This document shows positions 22,408-35,798 of a stretch of 64,000 nt of DNA, piece by piece (within the stretch, counting starts at the first letter, position 1; every line of letters starts with the position of its first letter). This DNA is from the human T2T-CHM13v2.0 reference genome, Homo sapiens. The DNA is taken from NCBI RefSeq assembly GCF_009914755.1, contig NC_060925.1, one strand, 5' to 3'. The notes under the pieces are model-generated. The model was not told where the DNA came from. It saw only the letters and a list, made by a program, of their open reading frames with translations, and ran no database searches. The translations under genes and the position numbers were made by a program.

Positions 22408-23039
22408 TATTTGTGGGGTCATTTCCAGGGCTACATGTGAGTTTAAGTGTGTGTATATGGGTTGAGATATGGTGTATATGGATATTTGTCGGTCAGTTCT
22501 TGGAAAGTGTGTATATGAGTGTGTGTTGAGTGGGGTTGGGGGGTTAGTCCCTGAGCCGTGTGAATATGTGGATGGGGGCACTCGTGAGGGCAAATGGGCT
22601 CGGATTTTGTGCATGATTGTGTGTGTGTGTGTGTGTGTGTGAGCTTGAGATTCCAAGTATGTGGGGGAGGGAGGGGGCGGTGTCGGAGATCAATCCCTGG
22701 GCCATGTGTTTATAGTGTGTGTGTCTGCCCAGAAGAGAGTGGGTTACTGGGCTGTGCACGTCTGTGTAGGGTGAGTGTGTGTATGAGGGTGAATGAGTGT
22801 GGGAGGTGTCATTCCCTGGTCCGTGTGTAAGAGTGTGACCGCGCACGCCTTCGTGTGTGTCCCGGGTGTGTGGGGTCGGGGCGGTGACGAGGTGAGGGGG
22901 ACGCCGGCCGAGCCCCGCCCTCCGCTGCAGGTGGGCCGGCCCCGCGGCGGGGCCGGCAGCGCTAGCTGTTCTTGGCTCGCGGCCGCGCCGGGCTCGCAGG
23001 GCTGGGCTCGGGCTGCGGGGCGGCGCCGGGACAGGAAGC

Positions 23040-23166
23040 GGAAAGCAGCAGTGCAGCGGCGGCGGCGGCGGGGCTCTGCCTCTCCAGGAGCCCAGCGCAG
23101 GCCGCAGAGCCGGGGCCGCTGTGAGCCGAGACCGCGGGCCGCGGAGCTCGGGCGGCCGGCGCGGAG
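23040..23166 (+). other. VANGL1: VANGL1 non-coding exon 1 (5' end approximate)
   Basis: Lies in the CpG island and ends at a strong donor GAG|GTGAGT (23166/23167); contains no ATG. Confidence 0.85.
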
Positions 23167-23699
23167 GTGAGTCCCGCGAGAGGCCGAGCGCTGCGCGGCG
23201 GCGGTCCCCGGGGCAGACCGTTGGCTGGGAGACGCCCCCACCTCGGACCCCGCGTGCCCCTGCGCCCTCCTCCCGCATTCGCCCCGCCGGACTTCGACCC
23301 CGGGTGGCCGGCTCCCGCCTCGGGCCGGGGGCTCCCTCCCCTCCTCCGGAGCGCTCCGGGTAGTGCTTCCTCTGACTCCACTCTTCTCCCCATGCGTTGC
23401 GCCCCTCCTGGCCCTGCCGTGCGATCTCCGCCGCACCCCACTCCTTGGGGTCCCGGGGTTCCCTGCTCACACCTCGGACGTCCCTTTCTCCCCGGGCTGG
23501 CCTTTGGAGTGCGCCCCTTCGGTGCGCGTGCCGGGGCGGCGGGCAGGCCGGCAGGGAGTGGCCGAGCGTTGGAGGCACCGGGCGGCTGCAGCAGCCGTGC
23601 AGGGCGGGAGCCGGGCGCGCACCGGGGTTCCCACCCCTGGCGGGGCTCGACCCGGGCGCCGCCTGGCCCTTCGCCAGGAACCGGGACAGAGCTGGTCTG

Positions 23700-23786
23700 T
23701 GTGCACACCTCGCTCACAAAAAATTGAGCCGGCCCTGGAGGCCTGGGGGGCGAGTCCGGTTGCGCCTCGGAGAGCGCAACAGGCAG
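23700..23786 (+). other. VANGL1: Probable alternative non-coding first exon
   Basis: Donor CAG|GTAGGA at 23786/23787 near the 3' end of the CpG island; matches my recollection of an alternative 5'UTR transcript. Start approximate. Confidence 0.5.
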
Positions 23787-25584
23787 GTAGGAGTTTACTT
23801 TCAAAAACGCCGGGGTGGAGCAGAGGCGCCTGGCGGGTCTCTGCCCAAGGTGTCCCTGCTGGAGGAAATCTCACCGCGCCGGGGCAGCCTTCGCCACCGG
23901 CAGGACCTCATTTCCTTCTGCAGTCTTTGAACTGCCCCAAGCATCGCGCCTAGAGAAGTGTGAAGCTTTATAAAAATTTAAACGCGTCCGTGGTGGCGGC
24001 AGCAGTGGGGCGGAGCCGCGGCCTGGCTGCTGTGTGATGAGCAGATGAGACTTGGAGCTGAGGAATCTGTTGCTCAGTTTTCACTTCTCCAAACCAGGTC
24101 TAATGCCCACGCTGCGAAGGTGTTGTGAGCTCTCTTAGATTCTCCTTAGGAAGTGTTAGAGCGCCTTATGATGATGATTGTGTAGATGGCCCATGCATTT
24201 TGTTAAAACTCTTGACCTGGCTTTGGTTAGAAATGAATGTATTCTTAGACACTTAGTCCAAAAGCTAACAAACTGTAAAAGAATCTGGCATTTTCACTGA
24301 CATGTTTATAAATTTTACGGGGCTGCTGAAAAATATTATAACTTGTATCACCAGTCAACAATGCTAATTAGCATTCTCCCGTCAGTGGGTGGGTTGAGTA
24401 CACAGCTCCCAGGCTCTGCAAGTGAGATGGCAGAAATTGTCTGAATACAGGGAGAGGTAATTAGCCATTTTCTGTAACCACTAATTATAGAGTTTTTAGG
24501 GTTGAATTAAATCAATGTGATATAGTTGGGGCTTTGATTTGTGGGAGGAAACTGTTTCTTTTTCCAGTTCAAAGAAATAACACGCTTCACCTATCCATGA
24601 GCATTAAACATTCCCAAACGTTGATGTCTCTCAGTATAATTAGTGAAAACACTCAGTGTGGAATTTCACTATTAACAATGTTGGCAGTGAGGCTTGCTTG
24701 CAACTTAATTTGTAAGTAAAATGGGAGAAGAATTTTGAGAGTGATATATTTGTAAGGACTGCTTGCCAAGCAGTACATTTTTATTGTCTTATGTATTAAG
24801 CAACAGGACAAAACCATAAAGGAAATTTAAAGTTTCTTTACCAAGCAACAATTCCATGTCACCCTTTGTTTGAAGGATAAATGTGTTGAATGAAGAAGGC
24901 ATCCTCCCCTTCATCATCCCCTTAACACACTTATATACACACACTGTGCTTGCTACCCTAGGCCTTATCAGCTATTTTGGTGGGATGGGCCCTTGTCACA
25001 TTGTGTTTTAATTGGAGGTCTCCACATTGGGGCTGTGAGCTCATTGGGAGTTAGAACTATTTTAGATCCATTTCTTTTCTCCTGAGTGCCCCACGATGCT
25101 TGGAACACTGAACCTGTGAGTAGAAGTTGAAATTGCAAAATTCTTAGTGGGGTTATATGTGGTTTGGGACAATTTGTGATTGTTGCTTATACTCCTCTAT
25201 ATAAACAAACAATTCTAGTAATTGCTACAGTGCTGTCAATTTTCTGTAGCTAAGAACACAGGTTCTGGAGTTAGACTCTCAACGTTTAAGCCCTGGCTCC
25301 TGTGGCAGTCTGGTTTCCCTAACTAACATGATATTAATGTCTTATTTTTCTTAAACACTTGTTATGCGGATTAAGTGAGATATTACATGTAAGTGACTTA
25401 AAACAGCATCTAACACATAGTAAACACTTGACAACTAGAAACTGTTAGACTATTACCATCATCTCTGTAAAATCAGCTAGCTGGTTAGGGTCTCGCTGTA
25501 TAGGGCATGTGATTTGGGCATCATGCTATTCTATTTTCCTTAAGATGGAAAAGATTAGGTGGGCTTGTGATTGGACCATGTTTC

Positions 25585-25646
25585 TGTTAGCAATATTGGT
25601 TTGGTGTTAGCAGTATTGGTTTGATGTTAGCAGTATTGAAGTTTGA
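25585..25646. repeat. 20-bp tandem repeat x3 (TGTTAGCARTATTGGTTTGR)
   Basis: Units start at 25585, 25605 and 25625. Confidence 0.9.
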
Positions 25647-26459
25647 TGCAAGGATACATGTGTGTGCTGTTGTCTCTAGCAGTGTCCTTCTGAATCCCAG
25701 TTACAGGACAACAGTGATCAGACTCTGTACCATCAGATTTACAGAGGAGATAGTACTCATGAGATCTATTTTTCTGAAGTTTAAATATCTGGCAGGGAAC
25801 AAGGGAGTCACTTGCAAGCAAATATACATCACATAACTCCAGACATGTTAACGATTCACACCTCTTCAGAAATCTGTACCCAGCTGCTGGAGGTGTTTCA
25901 GGGGTAATTAATGACTGGAGCCAAGAGAAGTTATTCTGGCAAGGTGAGTTGAAATCATTGGCGAAACAAGTAAAACAAAGTTGACATTTTCTTTCCTTGT
26001 AAATAATGACCCAGAATCATTCATTTATAAGCTGTTGTAATAAAAGAATCATTGGGTTTGTCACAAATGCCATAAGCCCAGCAGATCCTCACATCAGTGA
26101 CCTGCATGATGTTTGGTGGTTTATAGGCCACAAGTTCAAAATGTTTTATAGATTTGCCCTGCATCTCTGCCCGCTCCTTTCCAGCCCATGCCCCTCCAAA
26201 TAAACCCACTAAAACACACACGGTTTCCTCTGGTCTCTCTGACATTTGCTTCCAACCTGGGGATGGTAAATAGAGGCCTGTAAGAAACAGAATAGAAATC
26301 ACTTGTTACTCAGCTATAGCTAATAGTAGCAGTTAAAGGTGGTAGCAGAGACCAGAAAAATGTGTATAAGTTCAGTGAAAATGATACAGAAGTTATATGC
26401 CATACAACCCCTTCAGTTCTTCCTAACTGAAGGAATTTTACTCTAGTGAATACTAGTAG

Positions 26460-26660
26460 TAGTTGACAGCTGTGAGTGCCTACCACGTGCTAGGCACTGT
26501 TCTAATAATTTTTATGAATTATCTCATTTAATACCTACCACAGATCTATAATATAAGTAAAATAAAATCTGTTGTTACAGTTAGGGAAACTGAGGCAGAG
26601 AGCAGTTAAGTAACTTGTTCTGAGGTCACACAGCTAAGTACTAGAGCCAGGATTTGAATG
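26460..26660 (-). mobile_element. MIR
   Basis: GGAAACTGAGGCAGAGAGCAGTTAAGTAACTTG...GGTCACACAGCTAAG...GCCAGGATTTGAA. Similar MIRs lie near 30890, 33530, 38450, 39560, 46080, 49150, 58000 and 62170. Confidence 0.8.
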
Positions 26661-27734
26661 CTCTTCACCCACAATTTGGGCTCATTGCTACTCTCTAGAA
26701 GAATAGTTGACTCTAAACAAAATTATTTCAATTGTCACTTTCCCCTTGAGTGCCATTTAATTAAGAATGGGTACCCCTAAGAAGAATGTTAGCTTCAAGA
26801 CATAATATAAATAATAATTAATAGCATAATCTCTGCAGAATTCTATGTAAAAATCAAATATTCAGAATAATATACACAGCATATATAAGCATGGTTGTAC
26901 CAGACACCACTTTTCCTTGGAAATAGATCTACTTACTGCATAGGAAGCAAAATCTCTCTTTAAATTCAGTGCGTGTCTCTGTAACCCTTACAAAGTAACT
27001 TTCCAAACCAGAGCTCCCTTAATTACTTAATAGCTCTAGGCAGAGCTGTTGATGTTTTTATAATTTCCTTTTTGCGAAGGTTAGCTTATGTTTACCACTG
27101 TCATTATCATAACATATTATTTCCTTCATACGATTTGCTAAACACTGTGTTTTCATATTAAGTAGTAGGATTTTTATATGAGTGAACATGACTTTAGGAG
27201 AGAATTCTGTTTGAGGCTGATTATCTTCATTTTGCTTTTGATAAAGGGTGGTGAAGGAGGTTCTTTCTGACATTTTTGCCTAGGAAGTCCAGAATTTAGG
27301 ACACTGCCACTTAGAAGCACTCTGTGCACCTATCTCCCATTGTTGACCTTGCCTGCATGCAATGTGGTTCAATGAGCCTGGCCGTGTCCTAATATTTGCC
27401 TCCAGCCCCTACCCAAGCAGTGCCAAGCAATACACTCTTAAGGGGTGGGTGACCGGTGAGGCAAGATGCTCTTGGGCAGTGGCTGAAAGAGGCTGCTGCT
27501 GATTTTTACTCAGTGTGTCTGGCATACGAACTCTGCCCCTGAGTGGGACTGCCATGCGAGCCAGTAGTATAGCTTTTTTTTTTTTTTTTTTGATAGTTCT
27601 GGTATCACGCCTCTATCTAATATCTGCATCTTTTTTTTTGCCACCTCTAAAACTAAGGATTTAAAATAGATAATTTCTAAAGTTTCTTCCACAATGAATC
27701 TATGGCCTCATGTCCTAAGATCTGCCACAAAACC

Positions 27735-28245
27735 CTTCATTCAGCAGACATTTATAGGGTACCCATAATGTCCTAGGAGCTGGAAAGACAGGCAGTCATG
27801 AAAGTGCCTCTGCCCTCATGGAGCTTACAGCCTGTGAAGAAACTAGACAATAAGTGATCACACAAACAAATGTATCACTGGAAGTTGGATAGAAAGGAAG
27901 AGTACAGGGTACTAGAGAAGAGCCTGACTGAGATTGAAGGATCAGGAAAGGCCTCTTGAAAGGAGCAGTATTTAAATTAAGGAGTGATGAGTAGGAATTT
28001 GGCAAAACAGGGCATGTAAAGGGTGAGTACCAACAGATATACTGGGCTCTGCCAAAGCCCTAAGACTCTACCTTAAAGGAGCTGGGGCTAGAGAAGGAGG
28101 AGGGAGCTAGAGCGTCGGGCAGGACATTGCATACCAAATGAAAGATTTTTGTATTTTATTTAAAGTGCAGTGGGACACCACGGAAAGGTTTTAAACAGGG
28201 AAGTGACGTCTGCATTGTAATTTAAAAGGTCACTCTGGCTGCTGC
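27735..28245 (-). mobile_element. L2 fragment
   Basis: TTCATTCAGCAGACATTTA...CTGCCCTCATGGAGCTTACAG...GGTCACTCTGGCTGCTG. Confidence 0.7.
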
Positions 28246-31200
28246 CCAGCCTGGGCCAAACACAATATGAGTCATGTCAGGGGTCAGTATGATAGACAGT
28301 TCCAGGTTCTAGGAGCCATATTCCCACCTTTATATGACTGTCCTATTCATGCTGCTGTGACAGCCTATCAGTGTATTACCCTGGGAACCTGATTCCTTTT
28401 CATTGCTTTATTGTCTTTTCTGATAAGGGATTCCTTCTGACCTTATCATGAGTTTGGTTAATTTCTTGTGTATGCAAGGGAACTATCTCATAGATATATC
28501 ATTGCAGTGGTAAGCTTCAGGATATCCTTTTCCATTAAGTCTGTTGAAGTTCTTACCTTGGCTCAGACTCTTTTAAAATAAGTTCACTTCGGATTTTATT
28601 AGTTTGCCTCTTATTGCATCCTCTTAGTCCTCACTCAGATCTTGGATAGGATAAGAGTTGGTAACTATTAGAAACGGTATGACTTAGAAGGGGCCTGAGC
28701 TGTGTATAGGCTGGTGAGGACACCTGGAGGCTTTGTAGTGGTCTAGCCCTGTGTAGGTGGAGCCTGGAGGAAGTGGGTGGCTGTGAATCAGTAGAGTGAA
28801 GGGAGGATCAGAGAGGGTGTTGAAGGTGGCACAGGGTTAGATCCTTAGGATGAGGGTATTGCTTTAGCTGAGGAATTGGGAAGAACAGGACAGGATACTG
28901 GAGAGCACCTATGAGAGGGATGATGGTATTCCCAAGGGGAGCAAGAGGAATCTCAGTAGGAAATGTGCACTTGGGATTTAGTCTTTCAGTAAGTATTTGT
29001 TGGGTACCTGCTATGTTCAAAATATCCTGGGTGGAGGTAAGACGTAGTTGCTGTGTTCAAGGAGCTTCTGCCATAGGAAATCTGTGGATGGAGAAGACTG
29101 AGAAGAGTTTTGAATGTCAAGGGATAACGTGATGAGGGGAGAGGAGAGGGAGTGTTAGAGGAGAAGTAGTAACATAAGCGGCATCAAATTGGAGGCTAGC
29201 CAGCTGCAGAGAAACTCTGCTAGGGCAGGCAGCATGCCTTTGTCATTGCTGTGCCCTAGCATTGCCTAGCATGGTCTTGTAGGTGCCACTTAATATGGAG
29301 GTGGATGGACTAATAAATGAAATAAAAAGCACTGGGGGAGGAGGACAAGGATGTTACTTGGCTCATAGCAATCCTTGGCCAACTTTGAGTTGTTTCAGTG
29401 GAGTGTTGTGGATGGAGATTTGGACTGAAAGTGGAGAAGGAGGGAGTGACAGCATGTATAGACCACTCCTTTGGTAAGTACAGGAAGGAACCATGGGAGG
29501 GAAACCAGACTAGGGTGGTTGGTAGAGTTAGATAAAGCCTTTCCCTGGAGGGCAGTTGGGACCCATGGTTTCCTTTGAGGGACAAGCCTGGAGTTGTCTT
29601 AATGAATGGCCACAAGTTTTCAATGAGGACAAGGAATGAAGTCCTCTGGCAGAGGGGGAAGGGAATAAAACTTGGGTTACCATGTGCCAGAGACTTTACC
29701 TTTGCAGTTTCATTTAATCCTCACAAGAACCCTGGGAAGAGAGAGTATTAAATGACCTCATTTTTATGGGGCAGGGTTGGATAAGCTCAGAGAGGCAAAC
29801 ATTTGCCCCCTGATGTCACAGCTAGGAAGCACCAAGCTGGATCTGCCCACATCTGCGGGGCCTGGGCCACCTGCCTCTGAGACACTCCAGCAGCATTTAG
29901 CAAAAAGTAGCTGGAAGTTGGGATGGAATGGGGAATCCAGAGTTATGGGTTGCAAGGCAGAGTGTAGGAGTTGTGAAGGGTTAATTATGAATCTAGAAGA
30001 GAGTGGGAAATCGGTGTTCTGGGCCAGGGAACTGGACATTTGAATCTGCAGATCAGCAGAGGCTGGGTGAGGGGCTTTCAGGGAGGATCTCAGTTCACTC
30101 AGGGCTGGAGATCTTCGAAGCACATCCTAATGTTGACGTCTGCCTGTTATGAAGCAGGTGAGAAAACAGCAAAGCCCAGGGCAGAAAGGAAGTGAGACTG
30201 AGGTGTTGAAAGCTGATTGAAATTGCTAGTGAAAATGGTGGAGACAGTAGGCAGAAAAAAAGATGACTCAGCCCTTGAAGTCTTCTAGGAAAGTAGGGTA
30301 AGTCCAGGAGCAAAACTTAGCATTTAAAAAAGGCCTGCTGTGTTTTCACATTTAATCTTTACAGCTACCTCCCCCCACAAACCCCCACCATAATAGGCTG
30401 CCTTGCTTCCTTTTTATGGATTGGGAAGTCTCTGAGGCTCCAAGGAGAAACTGCTTTGCCCAGGTGTACAGCTAGTTAGTAGGCAGCGGACTGAGATGTG
30501 TGCTCCGTTCTGTCTGACTGCAGGTGAGCCTTGTGGCAGGAAGGCCGGCACAGAGACTCTGCTCTGCTTCTTTCCAAGCATTTCTCTCATTAAAAAGACA
30601 GAGGAACAAGCATTTCGGAACCCGCAAAGAGAGTGCTGATAGACAGTGACTTTCGTTTACCTAGCACATCTGGAGCTCGCGCTGGGTGCCTTCATAGTTG
30701 TTAGCTCATTTGGTCTTCACGGCAACCCTGATATTTGCATTTTACAGTTACATGTTCAAAGAGGTTTACTAATTTTGACTGGGGCCTGATAGCTAATAAG
30801 TGAGTAAAACCCGAGATTGGAACCCACCTTTGGAAACTGTGTCTGCTTATATTTTCAGATCTACCTGTGAGGTCGGTGGCTGGTTGGTTTACCCTGTTTA
30901 ACAGATGAGGAAACTGAGGCATAAGAAAGCAAGTGGCTTATCCCAGGTTGTACTAAACAGTGGCTGGGCTCAGACTAGAACTCAGGTTTCCCCAGGGCTA
31001 GCCTTGGGCTCCTGATGGCAGAGGAGAAGTGAAATGGTAAGTCAGGGCATCAGGGACAAAGGAGGCTGGCCCTGGGTGGCAGACCTTGGAAGTGATCGTA
31101 CCTGACTCCCAGGAAGAATGAATGGTAAGGGTAAATACACCCTAACTGGGATTAGAGGCTGTGGGGGCTGTATTGGTGGTGTATGGCAATTTGTGCTGAC

Positions 31201-32356
31201 CTGATTCCCTCCAGACTTATGTGTTGTTGCTGGGGTCAGGGAAACTTGGCCTCCTCCCAGGAGGGTTAGGGTATGGCATTTACAGCTCCTTTGTTTTTTC
31301 TTCACACTTATCTCACTGGCTGTGTTTGCAGTTTCAGCTTCCAGCGGCTGGAAGAAGGAACCCTGTTGAGCTGAGACTAGCTCTGGGGTGAGGGGTGCAG
31401 AAAGAGACAGAACTTGTGGATCTCGGTTTTCTAGAAGTAAAAATTTTAGCATGTGGGAGCTCAGGAATGTACTTGGAAATGTTTCCAATTTATTTTTATT
31501 GCAAAGCAATATCTAATGAAAATGTGGGAGAAGACCCAGGAGCCTGCAAATAATAAATTGCCTGCTTTCATTTTCTGTGTCTCCTTTTAAAAATCTTTGT
31601 CCTTACATAAGCAATTTTATACAATTGTAACTGTAATGTTGGTTCACTGTGTATCAACAATACTGTATCCTGCTTTTAAAATTCATCATTATAAGAGTTT
31701 CTATTCTTTATAATGATCATTTTAAACATATGTGATACTTTTCTGGTGGATGAACCATGTTTTCCTTACCTATTCCTGTATTCTGGGGGCATTCAGATTG
31801 TTTCTAGCATTTTATTATTTATAGACAATGAGACCACAATAATTTTTCTTTAAAAAAGAAATCAGTTCCCTCAGATAAATTCCCAGAAATTCGGATCCTA
31901 GATCAAAAAGATTGAAGATCTTTTTTTTTTTTAATTGACTTTTGGAAATTATGACCAAATCCCTTAAAAGCAACTTCGCTGGGTATTGTTTTTTTAACCA
32001 GCAAACTGGCAGTGGGGGGCTGGGCATTGTGTGGAGGGTCGCAGATGTGGAAAGCCACCTCCTAAAGCCAGTGAGCAGGGGTCAGGTCATCCTGAGGACG
32101 TGGACAAGTGCCTCCCATTTTCCTGCTGCTGTGGTAGGGGTTCAGCTTGCTCAGCGCCTATCCTGTCTCCCTCCCAGACACCTGGGAAAACTGGTTGCTG
32201 CATGGGTGGAGCATTTACAGTTCAGTTGCTTCACCCTCACTCGCTTGTTCCATGATAGAGACCCCAGAGAGGAGGTGTGGCTTTGTCATTTATCTTTCAG
32301 CCCCATTAAGGTTGGCTCTGAAGATTAATGTCTTTTTTTTTCCCCCTCTTTCCCAG

Positions 32357-32703
<347 letters not shown>

Positions 32704-32834
32704 TAACATTCTTGGGAGTAACTACGTCACCAGTTTACATTTTATAGCCACCATTAGAGTTGATGACTTTAGTTTCTCACAATTGGTTTTAAATTAAAGT
32801 TTCTTCCTGCAGTGGAAATGTTTTTCATTTCTAG

Positions 32835-33085
<251 letters not shown>

Positions 33086-34312
33086 TTTCTAGGTATTTCT
33101 TATAGGTATCGGCTCTCCTGAAAGCTTTATGAAGAATGTAAATGGAAGATTTAAAAAGTGTTCATTGCTTGTTGCTTTTCACCTGAAGTTGTTGACTCAT
33201 TGTCCATTATGCCTTTGTCATGAGGCTTATTTAGTGAACTGGTAGGATTGTCCTGGCACCTTATTCTTTTTGACTAATCTTCAGGTGAACAAGTTTGGGT
33301 TTTGAAAACACTGTCCTGAGTGATATTGGTCAAACTTCCCCTTCTCTGCAAAATTAGCAGGTGTGCACTGGTATTCTTAGGGCCTGCTGTGTTACTGACC
33401 TGTAGAATGTTTGTTAAGTAGAAGAGCAAATGAATGAATAAAGAAATCAGTGAACAGATAGGTGGCACTGTACCAGTTAGAATTGTACTTGGTGAAATTG
33501 CAGTGCTGCTGTTTACTTAGCCTTGTCATCTGTAAAATGGGTACAGCAGTCCTCTCCTACAGGGCTGTTGAGAGGATTAAATGAGATTATGCATGTGAAG
33601 CATGTAACACAGTACAGGCTGGAGGTCAGTCAACAGTGGCTAAAGTAATGCTGTAATGGCCTTGGCATTTCAGCACTATGTTCCAAGGTATCAACTGGCC
33701 CCAGCCCAAATGCCCAGCTCTGCACTGGCTTGGGAATAGTGATTGTAGTGGTTTTTCCCTGACTGCGCTCTTCCCCATACAAGCAGCCGAATGCAGAGTG
33801 AGATTTTGTTCTGTAAAACAGCAGTGAGCTACATATATCTAATTATTTACAAGCCCATCTGGATTACTAACGTAGAAAGAGGTTTGGGAGGGTGACCTCC
33901 CAAGCTGCCAGGAGTGGTCATCCATAGGGGGAGGCTCGGCAGAAGCTGGAGAATGATGGAAATTTTCATTTATCTTTTTGTACTTGTTCAATTTTTTTTA
34001 CAAGTGTATATTTTGTAATTTTTAGAAATGAATGGAATATAGTATAAGGATAGGTTCTCAAAGATGTTTGATGACTTGAGGAAACGTTCATGAGACCATG
34101 TTAAAAGAAACAGGATTCAAAATGTTGTATGCTGTGATAGTTACATAGACATATGATGAGTATTCACATAGTGACTATGCCTGTCTCTGAGTGTAGGATT
34201 ATGGTCGTATTTTCTTTTTAACTTTAATTGTTTTCTAAATTTTTATGTATTGCTCTTATCAAAATTTGGGGAAAACATGTCAGCGAGCTTGTGCTGGAGT
34301 CCAGGTAAGGCT

Positions 34313-35798
34313 TTCAAATAAGGATGAGAAACAGAAGGAGCTCGGGGCAGGTGCTGCTGGACGGGGCCTGTGGTGACATGGCAGAGCCCAGCTCCTGAGA
34401 CAGTCACAAACCCTCTGGCCATAAGAATTGAATCACACATTTCAGCTGGTGGGTAAACTTACCAGATTTAGTTATGAAATACCAGAAACAGCTGTTTTAA
34501 AATACCAATTTTGTTTAGCACTACCAATTCCCTTGTCAATACCAGGCTTCCCTCATCCACACCACAATGACAGAAGTAGGAATTTGGGATTCCCTGGGTG
34601 CTTGGGGATGAACAAAGCAGGTTGGCTTTGCAGTATCCTTTGTGGGAACCATCTCTGGGCTCTTTTGTCTACACTCGAGTTCTGACTTTCACGCTTCGGG
34701 GCCCATTGCTACGCTCTGCTATTTCCTTAGGCCTCTTGGGGCCTCCAGAAATTGATATTCCAATGCCCTTGTAGTAACTTTAAGAGACTGTAACTTCCAA
34801 TTAAAACAACACGCAGAATTTTTAATGCATTCTTGGACCCATATAGAAAGTACTTGGCAAATGTTAATACAAGCTGAGTCTTTTAATCAATTATTCAAAA
34901 AATGTTCCTGGATATCTACTCTGAGAAAAGCTCTGAGAGAGGAGATGAACCTTAGAGATTTGTAGGTGCACTCCATGGGTTCTTTAAAAAACACCACTAC
35001 CACCTACGGGTGGTGGATTCTCCAACTGACTGCAGCATAGGGCACAGCAACTGTGGGGTGAGAGGCACCATCCCTAGAGAGCACGGGCTGTGGTGTACTT
35101 TGCTGGGGCCTAAAGGATGTTAAGCAGTAGGGTTGCCCCCCACAGGCATGAGAGCAGGCCCCAGGCCCAGCTAAGGGTATTTTGTCCAAGGAGTGTTCCT
35201 GTGAAGGCTGCCCTGCTCAGAGGTTTGTTGGGAACTTGAATGGAAGGGTAGGAGGCGGGTTGGGGTTGGAGGGGGACCATGCTCTTTGGTAATTTTAGTC
35301 AGAGTCCAACTCAGGGAGGAATAATGAAATGCACCAAACTTGATATGCCTGATGACACCATGATCATCTTAGAAGACTGGCCAGGTTCCAAGCAGATGAC
35401 AAGTGACTGTTTTCTAACAAAGAGGTCAGTGGCCTGGTTTTGCGATGCCTGCAGTCTCCAGAGGGTGTCCAGTTAACTTGCTGGGAGAATGGTGTGGACT
35501 CCTGCTGACCCCGCCTAACTTTTGTCATTGTGGTGTGGATGAGGGAAGCCTGGTATTGACAAGGGAATTGGTAGGGCTAAAAAAAAAAAAAAAAAAAAAA
35601 AATTGGTATTTTAAAACAGCTGTTTCTGGTATTTCATAACTAAATCTGATCAGTTTACCCACCAGCTGAAATGTGTGATTCAATTCTTATGGCCAGAGGG
35701 TTTGTGACTGTCTCAGGAGCTGGGCTCTGCCATGTCACCACAGGCCCCGTCCAGCAGCACCTGCCCCGAGCTCCTTCTGTTTCTCATCCTTATTTGAA
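34313..35798. repeat. Near-perfect inverted repeat, arms 34313-34580 and 35514-35798, spacer 933 bp
   Basis: 34313-34459 is the exact reverse complement of 35652-35798 (147 bp); ORFs 34243-34440(-) and 35671-35877(+) share the same first 43 residues. Confidence 0.97.

Larger units (their letters stand above)
22830..24025. promoter_or_regulatory. VANGL1: CpG island / VANGL1 promoter
   Basis: Abruptly GC- and CpG-rich ~1.2 kb. GC boxes (CCCCGCCC ~22913, GGGGCGG ~23017), tandem ETS-like CAGGAAGCGGAA ~23032-23043, short GGC run ~23056-23070; no obvious TATA box. Confidence 0.92.

Noticed and set aside
22544-23953. Long overlapping ORFs (up to 344 aa) on both strands
   Set aside because: Low-complexity Arg/Pro/Gly/Ala translations expected from stop-codon depletion in a CpG island; no recognisable domain.
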